Origin: a virus
Strand: one strand, 5' to 3'
Virus record (IMG/VR): IMGVR_UViG_3300042301_003793
DNA: 64,000 nucleotides
Numbering within the stretch: position 1 is the stretch's first letter; each line of letters opens with the position of its first letter. The notes below the pieces were generated by a model that was not told where the DNA came from, did no database searches, and worked only from the letters and a program-made list of their open reading frames with translations. Shown here piece after piece: positions 1 through 9,306 of the stretch. The position numbers were made by a program, and so were the translations under genes.

Positions 1-580
1 CTTTGTTGCTTTTCCAGTCTGTTATTAATAATCCAATTTCACCACTTGTTCCGATAACTAACCACACCTTATCTGGTTGTCCGGTATATCCAAGTTCTGG
101 ATGTCCCAAAACAATTTCAGTATCAATTAAAACACAACCTCTTTTTTTTAATAATTCAACGTAGTTTTTACCAGCAACAATCATTGCATCACTCGTTGTT
201 ATTTGTTCGGCATCACACTCAAAGATTGGTTGTCTAACCTGTTTTATTACGTTAAATTCTTTTAGTGTATGTTCCTCCAAAAAGTAATGAACTCTGGACC
301 CCATATTTGTTGATCTTGTCCCTTTTTCGGCCCATTCGGCAAGTAACTTTTCTGTTTCATCTGGGTCTCCTCCAGACATTTCAAATGCTTTTTTTTCTGA
401 TGGAAATTCATCATAAAAAAGTTTCATTACCTTTGATACAGAAGGAAATTTGGAATGTAAATTACCGTCCAAATCAAGCATTGTGTATTTGTGTGTATCT
501 TCTTCAAAAGTTAATTGGAACTCTTTTTGTCTTTTAGATAAGATATCTCTTATTTCTTGTGCTACTTTATATAAATCCAT
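1..580 (-). CDS. PD-(D/E)XK (Cas4/RecB-like) exonuclease, 3'-truncated by the window edge; missing from the supplied ORF track
   Basis: Manual translation from ATG at 580: MDLYKVAQEIRDILSKRQKEFQLTFEEDTHKY...FPSVSKV...GSRVHYFLE...DTEIVLGHPELGYTGQPDKVW...ITDWKSNK, open to position 1. It shows the F-x-E-x-x-H-x-Y, G-x-x-V-H, E, PD and D-W-K motifs. The start overlaps the primase stop (TAATG). Confidence 0.8.
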   Translation of the reverse strand, partial: MDLYKVAQEIRDILSKRQKEFQLTFEEDTHKYTMLDLDGNLHSKFPSVSKVMKLFYDEFPSEKKAFEMSGGDPDETEKLLAEWAEKGTRSTNMGSRVHYFLEEHTLKEFNVIKQVRQPIFECDAEQITTSDAMIVAGKNYVELLKKRGCVLIDTEIVLGHPELGYTGQPDKVWLVIGTSGEIGLLITDWKSNK

Positions 581-1482
581 TAGTCTCTTATTTCAATATA
601 ATATTCATTTATTTGTCCCTTTAAATCGCAGACATCTCTATCGTCTGGTAATCTTACAATTTTAACCCTACCCCACAATTCACCACCATTTAATTCGTGA
701 TATAATCTTACAGCATTATTCCAAGCATCACCATCCAAACAAATTATAACATCACCTTTTGCGTTATTGTAGATTGTTTCAAAAAGAAGTTCTGACATGT
801 GTTTTCCAAGCATCACAACTGGATTATCTAAAAACATTCCATCAAACGCACCCTCAACAAGGTAGATGTCTTTATTCCAATCAATTAGATTTTCCCAAAA
901 TATAATCTGTTCTTTTTCTGCTTCCGGATTTCTGTATTTTGCTCTACTGTTTGGGTCCCAACTTCTACCGACATAATAGTTTAAATCACCTTTTGTGTTG
1001 TATGATGGTATAATAATTCTACCCATATGACTTCCTTTATCACAAAAACCAATTCCAAACCTTTCGATTATTTCATCGGTTATTCCACGATTTTTAAGAT
1101 AGTTATAAGCTTGTTTTCTTACTGGATATATTGGGTGTGAGTCTTTGAATAATGTAAAACTATCAGGAAGTACAACTTTTGGTTTTTTTACTTTTACAAC
1201 TTTTTCAGTTTCATCTGGTCTTAAAATATTATAAAGTTTTTTTAACTTTCTATTACCAAACTTATCAAAAAGTTTTCCTAAATTACCGTGGGTTCCTTCA
1301 CTATCACCACAAGCCCAACATTTATAAACACCATCAAAGTAATTTACTTCAAGATTATGTTTATTTCTATCATCATCACATACAGGACAATTAAAAGAAA
1401 TTTGACCACGATTAGGATAGTGTAATCCGTGGTCACCCAAAACCTCTTCTAATAATTCTACGATTGCTTCTTGTTCATCCAT
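580..1482 (-). CDS. dnaG: DNA primase (Zn finger + Toprim, DnaG-like)
   Basis: N-terminal CPVC...CWAC zinc-binding domain, YLKNRGI, GRIIIP, Toprim motifs LVEGAFD and LDGDA. Confidence 0.9.
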   Translation of the reverse strand: MDEQEAIVELLEEVLGDHGLHYPNRGQISFNCPVCDDDRNKHNLEVNYFDGVYKCWACGDSEGTHGNLGKLFDKFGNRKLKKLYNILRPDETEKVVKVKKPKVVLPDSFTLFKDSHPIYPVRKQAYNYLKNRGITDEIIERFGIGFCDKGSHMGRIIIPSYNTKGDLNYYVGRSWDPNSRAKYRNPEAEKEQIIFWENLIDWNKDIYLVEGAFDGMFLDNPVVMLGKHMSELLFETIYNNAKGDVIICLDGDAWNNAVRLYHELNGGELWGRVKIVRLPDDRDVCDLKGQINEYYIEIRD

Positions 1483-1489
1483 TCACTAT

Positions 1490-1518
1490 AATATAAATGA
1501 ATTTTTTAACTTAATCAA
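1490..1518 (-). promoter_or_regulatory. Host-type promoter upstream of primase (TTGATT-N17-TATATT)
   Basis: Minus strand reads TTGATT (1518-1513), a 17-nt spacer, then TATATT (1495-1490), 7 nt before the ATG. Confidence 0.5.
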
Positions 1519-2035
1519 ATATTAATTTTTTTCCGTTTCTTTTTGACTCATATAAATCGGAAACGTTGATATAGTGTTTTAGAAATCTTTTTTCGTCAAT
1601 TGAATTTGCGTCGATTTTAATATTTTCATTTTTGTGTTCACACTTTGAAACCTGGATTGTGGACCAAATCCATAAATTTTCATATAACCAGGTATTAACC
1701 ATATAATCATAATCCCAATTATTTTTTTCACATTCTTTATGGATATGTCTTCCGATTTCGACAGTACCAATTACGTGGTCACCAAGTTTTTCTCTTTTTT
1801 CAATAGATTTTTCGGTTCTAATTGCAAGACTAAGACCACCTTGTGTTCCAATACCCATATAACCTAAACCACGGTATGAGTCAAGTTTCAAATCACCTTC
1901 TGGTGTATTTAAATTTATTGCATTTTTTAAATCTATTAGTTTTCTGTAGAAATACCTTTGGTATTTTTCTTTATTTTCATTCCAATAGTGGTCTCTTCTG
2001 AACTCATTGAAATATTTTTTTACGTCTATACCCAT
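1511..2035 (-). CDS. Hypothetical protein (174 aa)
   Basis: ORF with its own promoter; no recognisable family. Confidence 0.6.
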   Translation of the reverse strand: MGIDVKKYFNEFRRDHYWNENKEKYQRYFYRKLIDLKNAINLNTPEGDLKLDSYRGLGYMGIGTQGGLSLAIRTEKSIEKREKLGDHVIGTVEIGRHIHKECEKNNWDYDYMVNTWLYENLWIWSTIQVSKCEHKNENIKIDANSIDEKRFLKHYINVSDLYESKRNGKKLIFD

Positions 2036-2055
2036 ACTGAAATTATATTATTCTA

Positions 2056-2086
2056 CAAAGATAAGTAAAATATTTTAATTAGACAA
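2056..2086 (-). promoter_or_regulatory. Bacteroidota-type promoter (TTG...TATCTTTG)
   Basis: TTGTCT (2086-2081), N17, TATCTTTG (2063-2056); matches the TAnnTTTG -7 consensus of the Bacteroidota primary sigma factor. Confidence 0.65.
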
Positions 2087-2124
2087 CTTCACAAGATTTT
2101 TTGATTATCTATATTTATATCTAT

Positions 2125-2346
2125 ATGCCTATAGACATAACAATTAACGATATTTCTGGTCAAACACCATTTGATGTTTACGTATGTAACACCGGACAGA
2201 CATATTGTGTGTATTCGGCAACAATAACATCTGGTGACTTACCTTACACTTTTGAAGTTCCAATTCCTTTTTTGAACTCTGAAGGTGTTAATTTAAGAAT
2301 TATTGATGATAATGACTGCCAAATAAATGAAATACTAATAATATAA
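2125..2346 (+). CDS. Small Cys-containing virion/adaptor protein (73 aa), paralog of 13268..13564
   Basis: Start reassigned to ATG 2125 (MPIDITIND), just after TATTTAT at 2112-2118. Shares the pattern I-x-I-x-x-I-x-G..P..Y-x-C..C-x-Y..P-x-T..P..F..L-(R/K)-(I/L)-I-D..C with 13268..13564. Confidence 0.7.
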   Translation: MPIDITINDISGQTPFDVYVCNTGQTYCVYSATITSGDLPYTFEVPIPFLNSEGVNLRIIDDNDCQINEILII

Positions 2347-3416
2347 TGGCTTGTACTGAAATAAATTTTTGTGTAGATTCTGGTGGTAACCTTTATGATG
2401 GTCAATATACCACAGATAGTGGTTTGTATAATGGTTTTACTTCTTACACTGGTGATAGTGTACCATTTTTTATATACTATTCATTAACTCAAGACAGATG
2501 GTGTTTATCCACAAGTTTGGGTGGTTCTTGTTCACAATTTGGTCCAGTTGGTATTGGTAGTGATTGTCCAGATTTTGATGAAAGTTTTTTTATAACTGGT
2601 GTTTGTATTACAACCACAACAACAACCTCGCCTTGTGATGTTTTTAATTTTGAAGCGATTTTTGATTGTTTGGTCCCAACAACAACTACAACGACTACTT
2701 TAGCACCAACAACTACTACAACAACTACGGTTCCTTTTAATCCTTGTACTGGTGTATCGGTAAATGCTTCAATAACAGCTTACACAACAACTACAACAAC
2801 AATTCCAGTTACAACTACAACAACAACAGAAGTTATAAGACCTTGTAATTTTGATGGTGTTGTAACATTTAATACATTTGATGAATATATGAGATGTGGT
2901 AATAGTAAGAAATTTAGGGATTGTTTAACGGGTATTGAATATTTTTCAAATGATTTATTATTCAATGAATCAGGTGATACATTAATTCAAAATTGGGTTT
3001 ATAAATCAACAATTAATGGTGTTTCTACTTGTGTTACGTTTATGGGTCTGGTAGATAACATTAGTGGTTCTGACGTTATAATAATAAATGAAACTTTAGG
3101 TTCCGAATTACAAGGTGCTTGTTTAGAGTGTGTTCCGGACCAAACAACTACGACCACAACTACCGCGGCACCAACTACGACCACAACTACGACTGTTGGT
3201 TGCCAAATAATCCAATATCGTGTACAAAATAATGGAATTACTGTTCAAGAATTTAAATATTTTGATTGTGATGGAAATACTATAAATTGTATTGTTTCGG
3301 GGTATGGAACGAGGGATATATGTTCAAGTACTCCACCAACTGTTTTACCTAATTCTAATGTATTGGTATATCCAGTTACACCACAAACTTTTTGTAATTC
3401 CGCAACAATTTGTTAA
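2346..3416 (+). CDS. Cys-rich modular virion protein with poly-Thr linkers
   Basis: 356 aa; seven runs of 6-7 Thr separate Cys-containing modules; start overlaps the stop of the upstream ORF. Confidence 0.7.
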   Translation: MACTEINFCVDSGGNLYDGQYTTDSGLYNGFTSYTGDSVPFFIYYSLTQDRWCLSTSLGGSCSQFGPVGIGSDCPDFDESFFITGVCITTTTTTSPCDVFNFEAIFDCLVPTTTTTTTLAPTTTTTTTVPFNPCTGVSVNASITAYTTTTTTIPVTTTTTTEVIRPCNFDGVVTFNTFDEYMRCGNSKKFRDCLTGIEYFSNDLLFNESGDTLIQNWVYKSTINGVSTCVTFMGLVDNISGSDVIIINETLGSELQGACLECVPDQTTTTTTTAAPTTTTTTTVGCQIIQYRVQNNGITVQEFKYFDCDGNTINCIVSGYGTRDICSSTPPTVLPNSNVLVYPVTPQTFCNSATIC

Positions 3417-3447
3417 AAAAAAAATATCGTCTAAAAAGACGATATTT
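3415..3447. terminator. Intrinsic terminator between convergent genes
   Basis: Perfect 11-bp stem aaatatcgtct(3422-3432)-aaaa-agacgatattt(3437-3447), with an A-run on the left that is a U-tract on the minus strand. Confidence 0.7.
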
Positions 3448-3472
3448 AAAATTATCGGTATTTTAAACGATG

Positions 3473-3790
3473 TTATCTTCTTCTTCTAAAATATCTTGAT
3501 TCTGTCATTTGTTCTGAATCCATCCTATCTTGACCCCAATTTTGGTTTGGTCTTTGATTTGCAACATCCATATCATTTCTTTCACTTCTAATTGCAAATT
3601 CTAATTCTTTTAAGTCAGACATAATTTCATCTGGTGTTCTTGCACCCAATGTACCACCTCTTTCTTCTAAAAAACTTCTTACAAAGTCCATAGCACTTCT
3701 TTGTTCCATTTTTTCATCTTCCATTTCAAAAATGGTTCTTTTAATTATTCTTGATAAATCTCTTTCTGTTAACCTAACTATTTTTTTCAT
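3473..3790 (-). CDS. Putative internal head protein with MKKIVRLTE-type N-terminal peptide (105 aa)
   Basis: Start reassigned to ATG 3790 (MKKIVRLTERDLSRIIKRTIFE), TATTTAT at 3810-3804; acidic body, C-terminus ESRYFRRRR. Confidence 0.65.
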   Translation of the reverse strand: MKKIVRLTERDLSRIIKRTIFEMEDEKMEQRSAMDFVRSFLEERGGTLGARTPDEIMSDLKELEFAIRSERNDMDVANQRPNQNWGQDRMDSEQMTESRYFRRRR

Positions 3791-3828
3791 AACTTTTTTT
3801 ATTATAAATATATCAATATTTAAAAAAG

Positions 3829-4437
3829 TTACTTCCAAATTTCTTTTAATCGCATATATCCTAACACACAAGTGTACGCATCTGTCTGGTCAAAATTTTC
3901 TTTTTTAAGTGTATTGTTTTTTGTATAACCCCAAGTTATTTGTGGTTCACGTTTTGCAACCTTTTCCCAGATTAACATTTTTTTATCAATGTCTTTTGGT
4001 AGACCACCAAATAATACAAATTTACCTTTATCGTTTTCTTGTACTAGTTCTGGCCAAGCATATTTCCTTGAGTTGTATGTTGATACAAATTCTGGAATAA
4101 TACCTAAAATATTATATATTTCTTTAAAAACAAAACTATTAAATCTTAATAAGGTTTGGATGGTATATACGTTATTTGAATTTAGTAGTGGTTCTTCAAT
4201 TATTACTTTAACAATTCCCAAATTAACATATTGTTTTAATTTTTCAGCAAAAATTTCTGATTTTAAAATTAACTCTTTTAACTTATCATCATCACCTTTA
4301 GCCATCTTTGGTCTTGGTGAAATATGTGTTAACTCCAACAGTTCTTGATTTTGGACTTCAAATAAAGCCCACCCAATTGTTTTGGTTGATATATCTAAAC
4401 CAAGTACTTTTGGTGAATTTTTAATTTGTTTTCCCAT
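3829..4437 (-). CDS. ruvC: RuvC-like Holliday junction resolvase
   Basis: LGLDISTKTIGWA, IIEEP and FDQTDAY provide the RuvC acidic tetrad. Confidence 0.8.
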   Translation of the reverse strand: MGKQIKNSPKVLGLDISTKTIGWALFEVQNQELLELTHISPRPKMAKGDDDKLKELILKSEIFAEKLKQYVNLGIVKVIIEEPLLNSNNVYTIQTLLRFNSFVFKEIYNILGIIPEFVSTYNSRKYAWPELVQENDKGKFVLFGGLPKDIDKKMLIWEKVAKREPQITWGYTKNNTLKKENFDQTDAYTCVLGYMRLKEIWK

Positions 4438-4486
4438 AATAATCTTTTTATTAAGATTATAAACTAAAAGGAATAAAACTAAATAA

Positions 4487-7192
4487 TTAGATGTCTATCT
4501 TAATCACGTACTGTTGAATGCCCTGTCTTAACGTTGGTGATTGTAGTTTAGACATTACAAGAATATCTTTGTTATCATCAAGTAATGCTATTTCAGTTAC
4601 GTATGATTTTGTACCTGGAATCCAAGATGGGTTTGTTGATACTTGAAACTCACTAGAACTTAAATTTATCTTATATTTCATTTCATAAATTGTTGCCATT
4701 ATGTCTGTTTCAAATGCACCATAGAAATAATACTCATCACCAAAATTTAATGATTGCCCAGTATATCCAACTGGTGTTAGATTAATGTAGTCATTTAAGT
4801 TATAGTATGGTGCTGAATCGTAGTTATCTGGAGAAATAATAAACGTTGTTCCAGTTAATGAACTTTGAGTAATAAAACCATCTATAAAACTATTTTGGAT
4901 TTGTGTTGTAAAATCTACTTTTTTCCACATCGCAGGATTCGGTCTTTGTCCTGTTTGTACTTTTTGAACAAGGATTTCAAATTCATCACCAAAGAAACCG
5001 TTTGGTGTAATACAAGGTGAACAATTTGGTAAATAATTTGTAGTTGTAGTTGTTGTTATTGGAAATATTGTTGTAGTTGTTGTTGTACATCCACTACAAT
5101 CATCAACCAAATCAATGATTAAATCACCTTTTGATTGGATACCAGAACTTGAACAAACAACAGTTCCAGTATTTCCTGGTAATGTGAGTGGTGATGTTTT
5201 TGTTTCATCACAACAAGGTGTAAATATAACATTTGTACTTCCAGTAAGTTCTGTATTTGTAATTTGATATCTACCACAGAATGAATTAGTTGTTGTTGTC
5301 GTAGTAATAGGTTGTAAACTATATGGTTGTATTAAACAATTAAAGTCACCACCAAATCTTACAGCGACATTTTTTGAAACGTCTGGACTACACTCGTTAT
5401 TGTTACCTTTAATCGATGAATAATAATTACAATGTAATGAATTTGTAAAACAGAAAGTGTTATTTATTCTATATGTCACAAATAAAGTTTGTGAATCACC
5501 AGTTAATATACCTTGTGATGATGTTGTTGTATCACAAGTATTTGGTGTTATTAATGAAACTTGTGGTGCCGGTAATGTCCAGTTTCTATTTGACTTATAC
5601 GACATCGCTGCAATAATTTCTTCATCATCAATAATAACTAACTTACTATCTGGAAATACCTTACCAATTCTATTTGGTAATCCATCTGAATTAGGGTTTG
5701 TGTCCCACAAATGATAATACCTAATACCAGGTTGATTCATTCCTTCATTTTTTGTGGACTGAATATAATACGGTGTAAATAATTCTTTATCGTCAAATCC
5801 TGGAGGATCTACCCAGAAAGTTTGACCATTACAACAATTTGGATTTTTATGCCACATTAACCAAGGAATATGTAACTTAAAGTTTCTTGCTTGTCCAGTT
5901 GTATCATCTGGATTGGTTGGGTCGTATGGTTCTAATGCAAATTTTTCACCATAGAAGAAATCAATTGTTTGATTTGTATAATGAATTATTGCAATTGCCT
6001 TTTGTTCTTCTGGTTTTACTTGTACAATTTCACCAAAAGAATTATAATAAAAGGTATAACTTGTGTCTGTTTGTCCTAGACTAGAATTATAACCAAAATA
6101 TTCTTTACTACCTATATAATCTATTGAACCGAATTGCGTATAGTCTTTGAATTGACTTGGTATCAACCCTGCTGGGTTTTCTGTCCAAGGAATGTTCATA
6201 TTCCATACTTTAACATCAAATTGGTCTGTATCACAAATAGATTCAAAATCAATAACTTGTTCACTCCAATGTGGCATAGGTGTTATACTATCATATAATT
6301 GAGTCATACTAGAAGGATATAAAATTGCTCTAGAATAACAATTTACAGGATAACAAGTATAATTTGGTACGTTTCTATCAACTGTGATTGTATCCAAACA
6401 AATATCAACAATTTTGTAAGTTAACATAATTGTACAACTTTGTACTGGCATAAAACATTGTGGTGGTGGAGGTAATGGACATTGTGGACTAGGTGTTGGT
6501 GTTAAACAAGGAGTCTTTGACGGTGTAGGTGTTGGGGTTGGTGATAAACAAGGTATAATGGTTGTAGTTGTTGTAGTCGATGTTGTTGTCGTTGTTCCAG
6601 TAGGTGTTGGTGTCGGTGTAGGTAAGTTTACACATAGACAATTACAATCTGCTTGTCCGTCATAAAAAATTGTTATAATATCACCAATTTGTGGTTTTAC
6701 TGTATTTGGTGTATTACATCCAGAATAAATAAGTGTAATTTGATTTGACCCATCTAATGTCGACATATCAACAACATAGTTACCACTTAAAGCATATTGA
6801 TTACCAGTTAAAACTTCCCAATTTATTGTAGATGCTGTTGTAATTCCACCAAAAAATCCTCTTAATGGTGCTCTATTAAAAACAGAGTCAATAACAGAAT
6901 CCATAAATGGAATACCATAAGTGTTTCTTTGGTTAGTATCGGCATAATAAGGATATTTAACATACTGTCTATTTGATTGTGGAACACCAACAGTATTTTG
7001 ACTGTTAAATCCAGGTTCTAACACAAAACTATTAGATTGGTTGTAGGTTTGGGGTAATTTATCATACGATACTTCACTATCTCCAACTTGGAAATAAGAT
7101 ATTTTAAAATTACCTTGTGATAATTTTTGTCTACCTACGTCTGTGATTCTTGTGTTTACTAGACCTGATGTATTTTTTATTATGTATGCCAT
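4487..7192 (-). CDS. Baseplate/tail-fibre attachment protein with PT and poly-Thr inserts
   Basis: N-terminal ITDVGRQKLSQG..FQVGDSE and C-terminal VTEIALLDDNKDILVMSKL resemble the split halves of a P2 gpH-type tail-collar domain; contains PTPTP and poly-Thr tracts. Confidence 0.6.
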   Translation of the reverse strand: MAYIIKNTSGLVNTRITDVGRQKLSQGNFKISYFQVGDSEVSYDKLPQTYNQSNSFVLEPGFNSQNTVGVPQSNRQYVKYPYYADTNQRNTYGIPFMDSVIDSVFNRAPLRGFFGGITTASTINWEVLTGNQYALSGNYVVDMSTLDGSNQITLIYSGCNTPNTVKPQIGDIITIFYDGQADCNCLCVNLPTPTPTPTGTTTTTSTTTTTTIIPCLSPTPTPTPSKTPCLTPTPSPQCPLPPPPQCFMPVQSCTIMLTYKIVDICLDTITVDRNVPNYTCYPVNCYSRAILYPSSMTQLYDSITPMPHWSEQVIDFESICDTDQFDVKVWNMNIPWTENPAGLIPSQFKDYTQFGSIDYIGSKEYFGYNSSLGQTDTSYTFYYNSFGEIVQVKPEEQKAIAIIHYTNQTIDFFYGEKFALEPYDPTNPDDTTGQARNFKLHIPWLMWHKNPNCCNGQTFWVDPPGFDDKELFTPYYIQSTKNEGMNQPGIRYYHLWDTNPNSDGLPNRIGKVFPDSKLVIIDDEEIIAAMSYKSNRNWTLPAPQVSLITPNTCDTTTSSQGILTGDSQTLFVTYRINNTFCFTNSLHCNYYSSIKGNNNECSPDVSKNVAVRFGGDFNCLIQPYSLQPITTTTTTNSFCGRYQITNTELTGSTNVIFTPCCDETKTSPLTLPGNTGTVVCSSSGIQSKGDLIIDLVDDCSGCTTTTTTIFPITTTTTTNYLPNCSPCITPNGFFGDEFEILVQKVQTGQRPNPAMWKKVDFTTQIQNSFIDGFITQSSLTGTTFIISPDNYDSAPYYNLNDYINLTPVGYTGQSLNFGDEYYFYGAFETDIMATIYEMKYKINLSSSEFQVSTNPSWIPGTKSYVTEIALLDDNKDILVMSKLQSPTLRQGIQQYVIKIDI

Positions 7193-7197
7193 CTATT

Positions 7198-7213
7198 TTA
7201 TAAATATTTATAA
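7198..7213. promoter_or_regulatory. Palindromic double TATTTAT motif (TTATAAATATTTATAA) upstream of 4487..7192
   Basis: Perfect 16-bp palindrome containing the recurring upstream motif. Confidence 0.5.
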
Positions 7214-7230
7214 CAATTAAATTTAAAATT

Positions 7231-9294
7231 TTAATTTGGTTTTATTGGGTTTACAACCTGCACATCACAACAATCACAATTATTAACCGTTGGTTTACCT
7301 ACAATATATAAATTAAAGTCTCTATTTGCACCACGACATAAACCTACAGGTAAGTTATTTATAATATCAGTATACGAGCCTGTTATTGTTTGTCCACCAC
7401 TTATTGTTAACTGTTTTGTATAAGTTTTAATTTGTTGGTTTTGTGTTGGTACAGGTACTATACAATTGATATTTAAAGCCACTTGACTATTTGTTATTAT
7501 TGGTACACCCATGTCTCCTAATCCACCATCAAATGTTACCGTATTATCTAAACTTGGTGTTGGTAGAATGTTTGGTGGATAGTAATTTAATTGTGAATAT
7601 TGTTCAATATTAAATGTAATTATTTGTGTTGGGTCTAAATTAATAGATGGTTGTATTTGGAATGTATTAGAAACATCGTCTAATGTTAATGTTAAAACAA
7701 AAGTTTCTGGATTAGTTTGTGTTAAAGTAACTAAAGAAGGTGTTGATTGATAACCTAAACTGTCTTTTACAACAACTATATAACTTCCAGCATTTAAATT
7801 AGAAAAAGTTGATAATGTACTAAATGTTGTTCCATTATTAATCGAATATTGATAGGGTGGTACACCACCAAATGCTTGTATTGCGATACTACCTTTTGTA
7901 TCACAAATTAAATCATTTTTTGTTATATTTAAACTAATTTCTTTATAGTTAACACAATCACCAGTTGTTACTGTAATATCGATAATAGTAGGATCACCAA
8001 GTCCTTGCCAACCAATTAAAGGTGGCGGTGTTGGATTGTTATTTATAATACTACCAAACACAGAACTTCCTGAAACAATCCACTGATTTGTCGTTCCAGT
8101 ATTAAAATACATAAAATATAAATCATTATCTGATAACCAACTTTGGGTTCCATTTGTAATATTATATGGTTCAAATTGTATTTGTTCAAAAATAACAGAT
8201 TGTAATTTTGTAGGGCCTTTTTTTCTAATGGTCATACATAAATCACCATATACTGGAATTGGTTTTGTTGTTGTAGTAGTTGTAGTTGTTGGTGTTTCAG
8301 CTGTTAGGACACAGGTTGTGTTGGCTGTAAAATCACCATAAAAATCAATAACAGTTGCATTGTAATTTCCAACATTAAGATTGTAAATTAATGGTGTAAT
8401 ACTTCCAGTACTCCAAATTATTGTATACGGTGATGTTCCACCAGTTATTATTAGTGTTGCGGCACCATCAAATGAATTATAAGTTGACGGATGTGTTACT
8501 AAACATTCAACTTCCATTGGAAATATTGTTAATACGTCACATTCATTTCTTGGTTCTATTGTAATTGGTATAGAACAAGAACATCCTTCTTCTTGGTTAA
8601 TCTCAAACCCATAAGTTTCAACACAGCTTTGTACTCCGATATATTTTACTTCGTAACATTTTTCTGGTATTGGTAATGGATCTGTTATAGTAATTAATAA
8701 TGAATTATTTACATATCCAGAGAAAATTGGACTTGCACTAGTAAATGTTGGTACTGTTCCATCACAAGAGGATATCTCATAACAATCTGTATCACAAGGG
8801 TTACTTTCAACACAACTTACACAACCCAAGTCACCAAAAACTTCTGGGTTTTTAAAAATTGGGTAATAATTTGGTTGTAAGCCAAATTTTATTGATTTTT
8901 TATCGTAAACATAAAAACACCCATCATATGTTTCACCGCTAAGTAATGAAGGTGTATAACTATCACAATATACCGAATCATCAAGATTTAAGTAATCATC
9001 ATTGGCTAAAATTGTAATGTATTGGTTATCAATACAACAAGAACTTAAAAAATAAATTGAATTTGGTGTTACAACTTCATCACGTTGGAAATTATTTGTA
9101 TTTCCACTTATTGGGAATAACCCACAAAAATTTATTATAGCACTTTCTTGTGGTTCAAAACTTTCAAAAACAGTATTTCCAGAACAATCAATAAAAGTTA
9201 GTGTTTCAGTTGTTGTTCCAGTATTAACAATACCAGTCACTTTACAAGTTGTAAAACAATTTAAAATAAGGGGTGAAAAACTAACTTTAGCCAT
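7231..9294 (-). CDS. Cys-rich virion protein with SprB-like repeats
   Basis: DGAATLIITGGTSPYTIIWSTG...NLNVGNYNATVID and KGSIAIQAFGGVPPYQYSINNG...NLNAGSYIVVVKD; one T8 tract; many C-x-x-C and CC pairs. Confidence 0.65.
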   Translation of the reverse strand: MAKVSFSPLILNCFTTCKVTGIVNTGTTTETLTFIDCSGNTVFESFEPQESAIINFCGLFPISGNTNNFQRDEVVTPNSIYFLSSCCIDNQYITILANDDYLNLDDSVYCDSYTPSLLSGETYDGCFYVYDKKSIKFGLQPNYYPIFKNPEVFGDLGCVSCVESNPCDTDCYEISSCDGTVPTFTSASPIFSGYVNNSLLITITDPLPIPEKCYEVKYIGVQSCVETYGFEINQEEGCSCSIPITIEPRNECDVLTIFPMEVECLVTHPSTYNSFDGAATLIITGGTSPYTIIWSTGSITPLIYNLNVGNYNATVIDFYGDFTANTTCVLTAETPTTTTTTTTKPIPVYGDLCMTIRKKGPTKLQSVIFEQIQFEPYNITNGTQSWLSDNDLYFMYFNTGTTNQWIVSGSSVFGSIINNNPTPPPLIGWQGLGDPTIIDITVTTGDCVNYKEISLNITKNDLICDTKGSIAIQAFGGVPPYQYSINNGTTFSTLSTFSNLNAGSYIVVVKDSLGYQSTPSLVTLTQTNPETFVLTLTLDDVSNTFQIQPSINLDPTQIITFNIEQYSQLNYYPPNILPTPSLDNTVTFDGGLGDMGVPIITNSQVALNINCIVPVPTQNQQIKTYTKQLTISGGQTITGSYTDIINNLPVGLCRGANRDFNLYIVGKPTVNNCDCCDVQVVNPIKPN

Positions 9295-9306
9295 ACTAAT
9301 AAATAA

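Noticed and set aside
3791-3871. N-terminal extension of the 3473..3871 ORF
   Set aside because: It overlaps the RuvC-like gene and the TATTTAT motif; the family-type start MKKIVRLTE is at 3790.
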